From positions 1 to 23,271 of the forward strand of contig BTWA01000060.1 in the NCBI GenBank assembly GCA_045863295.1: 23,271 nucleotides of DNA. The letters are read 5' to 3'. Below the pieces are notes generated by a model, which saw nothing but the letters and a program-made list of their open reading frames with translations, ran no database searches and was not told the origin of the DNA. Source of the stretch: Candidatus Hydrogenedentota bacterium (GTDB taxonomy: Bacteria; Hydrogenedentota; Hydrogenedentia; Hydrogenedentales; SLHB01). The translations under genes were made by a program, and so were the position numbers. This document shows positions 16,334 through 23,271 of the stretch, piece after piece; position 1 is the first letter of the stretch, and every line of letters starts with the position of its first letter.

Positions 16334-18835
16334 ATGGCGATGCGTTTTCTGGTTTTTCTATCGTGGGCCGGCATCGCCTGCCTTGCCGCGGCAAACGATT
16401 CCCAAGCGCCGGCCTTTTTCAATCATGCGGGCGACTACACATTTGGCTATTACCCTTATGGCTGGCGCGGGGTGGACACGATAGGCGATCGACTGTTTGC
16501 CATTCAGACCAACGAGTACTCGATGGCGCTGAATACGACGCGAGGCACGCTGGTTCGTATCGGTGCGGCAGCCACGAACATTGCAGCGCAAGATGCTGTG
16601 ACAGTCGACAACACCTTATTGGACTCCCTCCCGCAAATCGGAATTGCGTTTTCGATCTCGGCCAACGGCAAGCGATACACATTGGCGCAGGGTCCCGCGG
16701 ATCACGATGACTTCATACTCCAACGCCTCGGCAAGTATCTCACCCACGTGGAAATGCGCAATTTAAAATTTCGAGCCGAAGATGGTTCTTTATTGAGTCC
16801 AGATCACGCGTGGTACGAAGTGTACGCATGGACCGATCGCCTTTCCATAGTACTTCACAGCGAAATTGATTCGGAGCTTTCCGTGGTGGTCGAGGGTGGA
16901 GATTACGCACTGTCGCCGGCTTCCACCGCAAGCCATTACTTGTTCGAGTGCGGTGACCGGAGGATATCGCTAGCGAACCCAGATTCGGTACAACATTTCG
17001 CCCTTCAAGGCACGGAATCGTGCACCGTTTCTTCAACCGGAAAGAGGGTCGCACTCATTTTGGTGCCTACCATGGCAGTGACCGCTACGTCCAAGTCTGA
17101 CCGTGTCTTGCGAGAGGTGTTGAACGAATCCGAACGAGTTCGTGTGGAAGCCATCGGAATTGCGCCGTACACAAAAGCATTGACATCCACGTTTGAAGCC
17201 ATCCCGGGGTGGCACCGCATTGCATTGGGCGAGAATGGCGACAAGAACGTAACCGATCGCGTGAGCATCCGATTGGAAAACCCATCTCCCATCGTTCAGA
17301 CCGTGCGCCTGAATTTTGAAAAAGTCGGCGGACCAATGCCTATCACGGGAATGAGTCCAATACTGCGCGACAAAACGGGACTTCCTTTGGGGGTGCCGGT
17401 ACAGATATCCAAAAACTGGCATGTGCGGCCTGCCTGGTTCAATGGTTTGACGATGATTGATATGGACCCGGGCGAAGTGCGCGAGATCGAGCTTTTGATA
17501 GCCCACGCGCATTGGGGTGGCGTACCCGCTGTCTCGCACGCGCAATTGAGTCTGGTCGGCTGGGGCACAAATCAGCAATGGGATCAGATGGCGTTGGGTT
17601 CCTTTGGTGAGAGCATCTGTTATGACCCGGACATAAATCTCAACCGAAGCATGATAGACGACATGAGACCGCTAATGGTCTGGGGTATGGGCCAGGAGTC
17701 ACGACGGCAATGGAGTTGGACGCACAACGTTGGCGGCGGCGATTTCCTCGTGATGTTTCAGAACAAGGAAAGGCAGTACCTTCGGCGGCAAAAGACGTTG
17801 TATTCCAGTTACGGGCCGGTCATGTCGGATGTCACGTATGCAGGCGAAACCCCTGACGGCGCGATTCAATCGCGAATACGTACCCGAACGTGGCGCACTG
17901 ATGACTTTGTGCGAGGCTTTTATTCGATTCGATATGATGTAGTACAACCCGTGGAGCAAATCGATCGGCTGGCGTTCTTTCAGCTTGGCGCGGACAAGTA
18001 CAATCACAATTTGTTTGATACGATTTCCCGTGGTGATTTCGACGGCATACAAGAGTCATGGACAACCTCCAAGGGTGGAAGCCAGTACAGCCGGCAAAGT
18101 CTGGCACTTGAGGGCGATCAGCCTTGGATCGCATTCACAGGCTCGAAGAAGAACGAACCTCCAATTATCAACGAGGGGGATCAAGGTGCCTGGGCGAACC
18201 GTGGATTCATTGTGCGGTCGTGGCATGCCAAGTTGAACGGAGCGTCAGCGCCGCAACCTTACTACGCAGTTTATGGTACTGATGATGGGAAGTTACCGAG
18301 CGCTATTGCGGAACTGGCGCCGCCGCCCGGATTAACGGAGCTCAAGCCTGGCGATTTTGTGGAAACTGACGTGGAAATGGTCATCCTTCCTGTCCGGTTG
18401 GAAGACTACTATGGTCCCAACTTACCCTTGCGAGACGTGCTTGCTGCGTATCCAGACAGTTGGAAAGCGGTTCACCGCGAAGCGGCAAAGGGCAGAACCA
18501 AGGTCAATGCTATTGAAGGCACGCTCGTGAGTGAATTTCCAATAGTTGTTTCGGCGAGTAATCATGGGAAACGGGCATCGTTTCGTGTGGTAGGAGGCAC
18601 GGGATACATGCCGTTGACAATTCGCGGATCCGCGTCGCCCGGTCCCTTCACGCTGGTGGAATCCTCGGGAAACAGGGTTCGCGGTATTGACCAGTCTACC
18701 TCTATCGAAAACGACTGGTGGGACACCCGATTCGATCCTCAAACCGGAAAATACGACCTGGTCTTCACCCTGCCCGTCGAGTCCGACTCTGACAATGTGC
18801 GCACCTACGAGTGGACATTGGAAGATCCCACTTGA
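16334..18835 (+). CDS. Large secreted hypothetical protein (about 830 aa)
   Basis: Long uninterrupted ORF. A signal peptide MAMRFLVFLSWAGIACLAAA starts at ATG 16334 or 16340. The core is Trp/Gly-rich (PVQISKNWH, WGGVPAVSHAQLSLVGW, WTHNVGGGDF). I cannot name a family. Confidence 0.8.
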   Translation: MAMRFLVFLSWAGIACLAAANDSQAPAFFNHAGDYTFGYYPYGWRGVDTIGDRLFAIQTNEYSMALNTTRGTLVRIGAAATNIAAQDAVTVDNTLLDSLPQIGIAFSISANGKRYTLAQGPADHDDFILQRLGKYLTHVEMRNLKFRAEDGSLLSPDHAWYEVYAWTDRLSIVLHSEIDSELSVVVEGGDYALSPASTASHYLFECGDRRISLANPDSVQHFALQGTESCTVSSTGKRVALILVPTMAVTATSKSDRVLREVLNESERVRVEAIGIAPYTKALTSTFEAIPGWHRIALGENGDKNVTDRVSIRLENPSPIVQTVRLNFEKVGGPMPITGMSPILRDKTGLPLGVPVQISKNWHVRPAWFNGLTMIDMDPGEVREIELLIAHAHWGGVPAVSHAQLSLVGWGTNQQWDQMALGSFGESICYDPDINLNRSMIDDMRPLMVWGMGQESRRQWSWTHNVGGGDFLVMFQNKERQYLRRQKTLYSSYGPVMSDVTYAGETPDGAIQSRIRTRTWRTDDFVRGFYSIRYDVVQPVEQIDRLAFFQLGADKYNHNLFDTISRGDFDGIQESWTTSKGGSQYSRQSLALEGDQPWIAFTGSKKNEPPIINEGDQGAWANRGFIVRSWHAKLNGASAPQPYYAVYGTDDGKLPSAIAELAPPPGLTELKPGDFVETDVEMVILPVRLEDYYGPNLPLRDVLAAYPDSWKAVHREAAKGRTKVNAIEGTLVSEFPIVVSASNHGKRASFRVVGGTGYMPLTIRGSASPGPFTLVESSGNRVRGIDQSTSIENDWWDTRFDPQTGKYDLVFTLPVESDSDNVRTYEWTLEDPT

Positions 18836-18887
18836 TACAGGCTACTGATTAGACTGCAGATAGCATACGGCCTCGAATATGAGAATC

Positions 18888-18917
18888 TTGACAGAAAAGA
18901 AGACATGCGAGTATTCT
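18888..18917 (+). promoter_or_regulatory. Putative sigma70 promoter of the metal-efflux operon
   Basis: TTGACA (18888-18893)-N18-TATTCT (18912-18917), 24 nt before ATG 18942. Confidence 0.55.
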
Positions 18918-18941
18918 GTGTAATGGAGCTCAGGCATACGA

Positions 18942-19376
18942 ATGAAGTCTCGCGCCCGATATCGTTCCTTAGGAGCAACTGCACTGCTCTTGGTGTCCGT
19001 GCTATACCCGGCATGGAGTGCTGGTCTGTGTGTGTGTGGTGACAAGCAGACAAATGCATGCTGCGCCGTCAAGCCTGAACGTGCCGCAAAGAGTTGCTGC
19101 GAAGAGACACATCAGACGTCCGATAGCAGCACATCCGGCGAATCCAAAGAGGCTGTTTCGGGGGTTGTCCCTTGCACTTGCCATATACAGTCGACCCCTG
19201 TTGTGCCTGCCAAGCAGGCTGACACCGAAAACGCTTCCCCCCGGAATCCTGCCATATCCGCATATATGCTTCACAGCCCAGTCAATCCTGCGGTTGAGCG
19301 GACCGTACAATGCGACCTCAGCATGGTAGGCATCCACGAGCCCGCCGAGCCAACCTTCACAATCCTACGCATTTAG
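18942..19376 (+). CDS. Small Cys-rich exported protein or putative metal-responsive leader ORF upstream of the Cus-type efflux genes
   Basis: Signal-like N-terminus followed by CVC, CC, CC and CTC motifs, a low-complexity linker and a Pro-containing C-terminus ending TILRI. It has its own promoter and lies directly upstream of the cusB-like gene. Confidence 0.7.
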   Translation: MKSRARYRSLGATALLLVSVLYPAWSAGLCVCGDKQTNACCAVKPERAAKSCCEETHQTSDSSTSGESKEAVSGVVPCTCHIQSTPVVPAKQADTENASPRNPAISAYMLHSPVNPAVERTVQCDLSMVGIHEPAEPTFTILRI

Positions 19377-19498
19377 CCGATTCCTTCACACGTCGATGCA
19401 TCAAAGAGTTGCCGGTATCTTGCCTTGGCACGCATTTCCTGTAGGCCGTATCTAGTCTTAAGGCTGTTCGTCGCATTGTTCTGTGTAGGAGAGACTTT

Positions 19499-21463
19499 AT
19501 GTGGACCAAACCCTTGCACGCTCTATTTCGATTCTTTCCTAGTCGCGCCATCCCGATGCTATTCGTAGCACTCATGATAGCGTTTGCGTTCTGGATCAGT
19601 CGTCGTAGTGTGTACTCGCCCGATGTCCCGATGCCCAGACAGCCCGTCATCACGGCGGAGGCGCAAGTCTGGTACTGCTCCATGCATCCCCATATACGTC
19701 AGAATTCGCCTGGCAAGTGTCCCATTTGCCATATGGACCTCATTGTGTTTCAGCCAGGCGAGGCCACAGGCAAACGGGTACTACAAGTATCTGATGAAAC
19801 GCGGGCACTAATGGCGGTTCAGACAGTCCCGGTGGAACGCAAGTTCGTGACAACCGATGTACGCATGGTGGGCAAGGTAGCCTATGACGAGACCCGCTTG
19901 GCCAATATTACTGCGTGGGTACCTGGACGCCTCGATAGACTGTACGTTGACTACACAGGCGTGAGCGTGAACCAAGGCGACCACATGGTTTACTTGTACA
20001 GTCCGGAACTCCTCACGGCTCAGGAAGAACTGCGGAGGGCCGCCACGGCGCAAAAGCAGATCGCGGCAACTGCTCCCGAGAGTCTTCGGCGTACGGCCAC
20101 TGCAACGTTAGAGGCAGCACGCGACAAGCTACGGCGTTGGGGTCTCACCGATAATCAAGTCCAAGAAGCCGAATCCGCTGACCGAATTTCGGATCACGTT
20201 ACGATCTTCGCTCCCGTAGGTGGAACCGTCATCAAGCGCGATGGGCAAGAAGGCATGTATGTGGAAACAGGCACTCAAATCTATACCATTGCCGATCTCA
20301 GCGTGGTGTGGGTGCTGCTTCAAGCGTACGAATCCGATTTGCCCTGGGTTCATTTCGGCCAAACGGTTTCATTTACGACGGAGTCCCTGCCCGATGAAAC
20401 ATTTGAAGGCAAGATCGCGTTCATCGATCCTGTTCTTAACGAGAGAACGCGAACGGTTAGCGTTCGCGTCAACGTGCCAAACCGCAGTGGTCACCTTAAA
20501 CCCGGCATGTTTGTGCGCGGCACAGTAAAGGCCAATATTGCCACGGGGGGGCGGGTGATGGACCCTGGCCTTGCGGGAAAGTGGATTTCACCCATGCACC
20601 CGGAAATCGTCAAGGACGGACCCGGTACATGCGACATATGTGGAATGCCTCTGGTCCCCGCGGAGGAGTTGGGTTACGTCAATGCTAGGAATGCGGAGAA
20701 AGCCGCCCCACTGGTAATCCCGGCCACAGCTCCTTTGATTACCGGCAAGAGAGCCATTGTCTACGTCGATGTATCCACACCGGATCAATCGATCTTCGAA
20801 GGCAGAGAAATCACATTAGGGCTGCGGGCCAACGACTACTACATCGTTGAGAATGGGTTGTCCGAGGGCGAACTCGTTGTAACTCACGGCAACTTTCGCA
20901 TCGACAGTTCACTTCAACTGGCAGCAAAATCCAGTATGATGTCCGTCTCGGGCAGCAGTGGCAGTTCAATTGAAACGCCAACCGCATTTAAACTGCAGAT
21001 CGGTTCGCTGTACAGTGCCTATCTCCCGCTGTGCGACGCGCTCTCCCGCGACTCACTGCATGACGCCCATACGGCGGTCGAGGACCTGCACGCGGCTTTA
21101 AGGGTTATTGACTCCGAAATCCTGCATGGAGAGTCGCAGGCGGTCTGGCTTCGCCTACGTAGTCCAATAGAGGATGGACTAAAATCGGCTTCAACCACAG
21201 ATACCCTCGACGGTATTCGGGCCCAATTCGCAAACATCTCGAGTCATCTAATTGAGGCTGTTCGCACATTGGGTGTTGAAGTCAATTCCACAATCTACAT
21301 GGCGCATTGCCCAATGGCGTTTGATAATCGCGGTGCGGACTGGCTCCAAGCGACGCAAGACATACGCAATCCCTACTTCGGAGCTGAGATGTTGAATTGC
21401 GGCGAAATCGTGGACACTTTATCCACGAATCCTGCGAGCTCGGACGGGCATACCCATGAGTGA
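19499..21463 (+). CDS. cusB: CusB-like heavy-metal RND efflux periplasmic adaptor with two heavy-metal-binding domains and a C-terminal DUF3347-like domain
   Basis: Motifs: WYCSMHP..PGKCPICHMDL, YSPELLTAQEE, LKPGMFV, a second WISPMHP..CDICGMPL, and HCPMAFDNRGADWLQ..NPYFGAEMLNCG. RBS AGGAGAG. Confidence 0.9.
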   Translation: MWTKPLHALFRFFPSRAIPMLFVALMIAFAFWISRRSVYSPDVPMPRQPVITAEAQVWYCSMHPHIRQNSPGKCPICHMDLIVFQPGEATGKRVLQVSDETRALMAVQTVPVERKFVTTDVRMVGKVAYDETRLANITAWVPGRLDRLYVDYTGVSVNQGDHMVYLYSPELLTAQEELRRAATAQKQIAATAPESLRRTATATLEAARDKLRRWGLTDNQVQEAESADRISDHVTIFAPVGGTVIKRDGQEGMYVETGTQIYTIADLSVVWVLLQAYESDLPWVHFGQTVSFTTESLPDETFEGKIAFIDPVLNERTRTVSVRVNVPNRSGHLKPGMFVRGTVKANIATGGRVMDPGLAGKWISPMHPEIVKDGPGTCDICGMPLVPAEELGYVNARNAEKAAPLVIPATAPLITGKRAIVYVDVSTPDQSIFEGREITLGLRANDYYIVENGLSEGELVVTHGNFRIDSSLQLAAKSSMMSVSGSSGSSIETPTAFKLQIGSLYSAYLPLCDALSRDSLHDAHTAVEDLHAALRVIDSEILHGESQAVWLRLRSPIEDGLKSASTTDTLDGIRAQFANISSHLIEAVRTLGVEVNSTIYMAHCPMAFDNRGADWLQATQDIRNPYFGAEMLNCGEIVDTLSTNPASSDGHTHE

Positions 21464-23271
21464 ATATAGTACTCCAACGGAACCGGTGCGGAAAACGTTG
21501 GTTGACAAAGTAATTTGGTTTTGCCTTACCAACAAGTTGGTTGTTGCACTGCTATTTCTCTTTTTTGCCGCATGGGGTGTAATCGTCGCGCCGTTTGATT
21601 GGGAATTTGGATTGCTGGAACGAGCGCCAGTACCTGTAGACGCCATTCCTGATATCGGAGAGAATCAACAAATTGTGTTCACCGAATGGCCGGGACGATC
21701 CCCACAGGATGTTGAAGACCAGGTCACCTACCCGCTTACCGTTAATCTATTGGGTATGCCAGAGGTCAAATCGGTACGCAGTTATTCCTTTTTTGGCTAT
21801 TCATCCATTTATGTAATCTTTAATGAAGGCGTGGAATTTTACTGGACGCGCAGCCGCATACTTGAGAAGCTAAATAGCCTTCCTGACGGAATTCTGCCGC
21901 AAGGAGTCAAGCCGGCACTCGGACCTGATGCGACCGGGCTTGGTCAGGTCTACTGGTACACACTGGAGGGGCGTGATCCCGACGGAAATCCGGCAGGCGG
22001 TTGGGATCTGTTCGAACTTCGAAGCATTCAAGATTGGCAGGTGAGATACGCGCTATTGGCTGCTGGAGGAGTGAGCGAAGTCGCCTCGGTCGGCGGGTTT
22101 GTGAAGGAGTATCAGGTCGACGTGGACCCCGATGCAATGAGGGCCTCGGCCGTATTGTTGGATGAGGTCGTGAATTCGGTTCTCTATTCCAATATCGATG
22201 TCGGCGCGGACACCATCGAGTTCAACAATGTCGAATATATGATTCGTGGCTTGGGATTCATCAAAAATCTCCAAGACATTGAGAAAACGGTAGTCCGCGT
22301 AAATGACAATGTACCCATTTCCATCAAAGACATTGCCCACGTGACGACGGGCCCGGCGATGAGGCGTGGAGCGCTCGACAAAGGGGGTGCGGAAGCCGCT
22401 GGCGGCGTAGTCGTCGTGCGGTACGGCGAGAATCCACTCGCTGTGATCAAAAACGTTAAAAGTAAGATTGCCGAAATTTCCCCAACACTTCCCGCCAAAG
22501 CATACATAGACTACAAAAAGACCACAGTAGAAGAGGTCCGTGCATTCGCCGAATTGCATGGATTTCCAGCCTATGCCAATGCTGCAATCAATCATGAGGC
22601 ATGGCTTCGCTGGCTTCGCTCCAATGACCGCTCGGTATGGCCCCCATGGATCACCATCAGCCAGGTCACCATTATCCCATTCTACGATCGCACCGGTCTC
22701 ATCTATGAGACCTTGGGTACCCTTAACGATGCCTTGTGGCAGGAAATCCTGATTACGGTAATCGTTGTCGTCTTTATGTTGCGGCACCTGCGGAGTTCCA
22801 TTCTTGTAAGCACCTTGTTGCCACTCGCTGTGTTAATGTGTTTTATCAGCATGAAGCTTGGCGGCATCGACGCAAACATCGTTGCGCTTTCGGGTATTGC
22901 AATTGCCATTGGCACGGTCGCCGACATGGCCATCGTCATTTGTGAGAATACGCTCAAACATCTCGACGAGGCCGATCCCGGAGAAGACCGGCTCCATGTA
23001 GTGTATCGCGCCTCCAGCGAAGTTGGCGGAGCCGTCACCACCGCCGTTATCACCACCATAATTGGCTTCTTTCCGGTGCTTACGATGACCGGACCCGAGG
23101 GAAAACTATTCCAGCCGCTTGCATTCACGAAGACTTTCACACTCGCCGCAGCGTTGGTTGTTGCCATTATGCTGATCCCGCCTGGAGCGCACTTGCTCCT
23201 CGCCAGGGGTTTCAAGTCGCATCGTGTGAAACGATGGGCTATGTACGCGCTCATCCTCGCAGGAGTCTTGC
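21456..23271 (+). CDS. cusA: CusA/CzcA family heavy-metal efflux RND transporter, truncated at the window end
   Basis: Not in the ORF track because it has no stop. ATG 21456 overlaps the end of cusB. It translates MSEYSTPTEP...VPVDAIPDIGENQQIVFTEWPGRSPQDVEDQVTYPLT...LGPDATGLGQVYWYTL...ALSGIAIAIGTVADMAIVICEN...EGKLFQPLAFTKT, and the frame is consistent to the last base. Confidence 0.95.
   Translation, partial: MSEYSTPTEPVRKTLVDKVIWFCLTNKLVVALLFLFFAAWGVIVAPFDWEFGLLERAPVPVDAIPDIGENQQIVFTEWPGRSPQDVEDQVTYPLTVNLLGMPEVKSVRSYSFFGYSSIYVIFNEGVEFYWTRSRILEKLNSLPDGILPQGVKPALGPDATGLGQVYWYTLEGRDPDGNPAGGWDLFELRSIQDWQVRYALLAAGGVSEVASVGGFVKEYQVDVDPDAMRASAVLLDEVVNSVLYSNIDVGADTIEFNNVEYMIRGLGFIKNLQDIEKTVVRVNDNVPISIKDIAHVTTGPAMRRGALDKGGAEAAGGVVVVRYGENPLAVIKNVKSKIAEISPTLPAKAYIDYKKTTVEEVRAFAELHGFPAYANAAINHEAWLRWLRSNDRSVWPPWITISQVTIIPFYDRTGLIYETLGTLNDALWQEILITVIVVVFMLRHLRSSILVSTLLPLAVLMCFISMKLGGIDANIVALSGIAIAIGTVADMAIVICENTLKHLDEADPGEDRLHVVYRASSEVGGAVTTAVITTIIGFFPVLTMTGPEGKLFQPLAFTKTFTLAAALVVAIMLIPPGAHLLLARGFKSHRVKRWAMYALILAGVL

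Noticed and set aside
19426..19441. TGGCACG as a possible sigma54 -24 element upstream of cusB (also TGGCAC near 678)
   Set aside because: Neither site has a correctly spaced TTGC -12 element.
22053..22787. 244-aa minus-strand ORF (and the 183-aa ORF at 22703-23254)
   Set aside because: Both are antisense shadows of the clearly recognisable cusA-like gene on the plus strand.
1..23271. CRISPR arrays, tRNA/rRNA genes, transposases, integrases or defence systems
   Set aside because: I saw no regularly spaced repeats, RNA gene signatures or mobile-element proteins by eye. A covariance-model scan was not possible.

Overview
This is a moderately GC-rich bacterial window, probably from Candidatus Hydrogenedentes or a PVC-like lineage. 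That placement is inferred only from the style of the DUF1559/H-X9-DG prepilin-like gene and the sulfatase/PQQ/FG-GAP gene content. (1) The left edge holds a truncated minus-strand membrane protein gene and an AT-richer spacer. (2) A divergent cluster, probably for carbohydrate or sulfated-compound catabolism, follows. The minus arm has a Tat-signal DapA/DHDPS-family enzyme and a very large TIM-barrel + LamG + PQQ-dehydrogenase + cytochrome c fusion, broken by a single -1 frameshift. The plus arm has a sugar ABC transporter without an ATPase, an FG-GAP/VCBS repeat protein, two Tat-exported Cys-type sulfatases and a second PQQ dehydrogenase. (3) Next come a DUF1559 prepilin-like gene, a zf-TFIIB protein and a large unknown secreted protein. 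(4) The right end is a Cus-type Cu/Ag RND efflux operon (cusB-like, and cusA-like running off the end) headed by a Cys-rich small exported ORF. Two signals stand out. The frameshift in the PQQ fusion sits exactly on an in-frame X_XXY_YYZ slippery heptamer followed 6 nt later by a 7-bp all-GC stem, making it a candidate programmed -1 frameshift, although an assembly error or inactivating indel is not excluded. The last codons of the Cys-rich ORF are complementary to the cusB Shine-Dalgarno region, making it a candidate metal-sensing leader-peptide attenuator. I saw no rRNA, tRNA, CRISPR array or mobile element.
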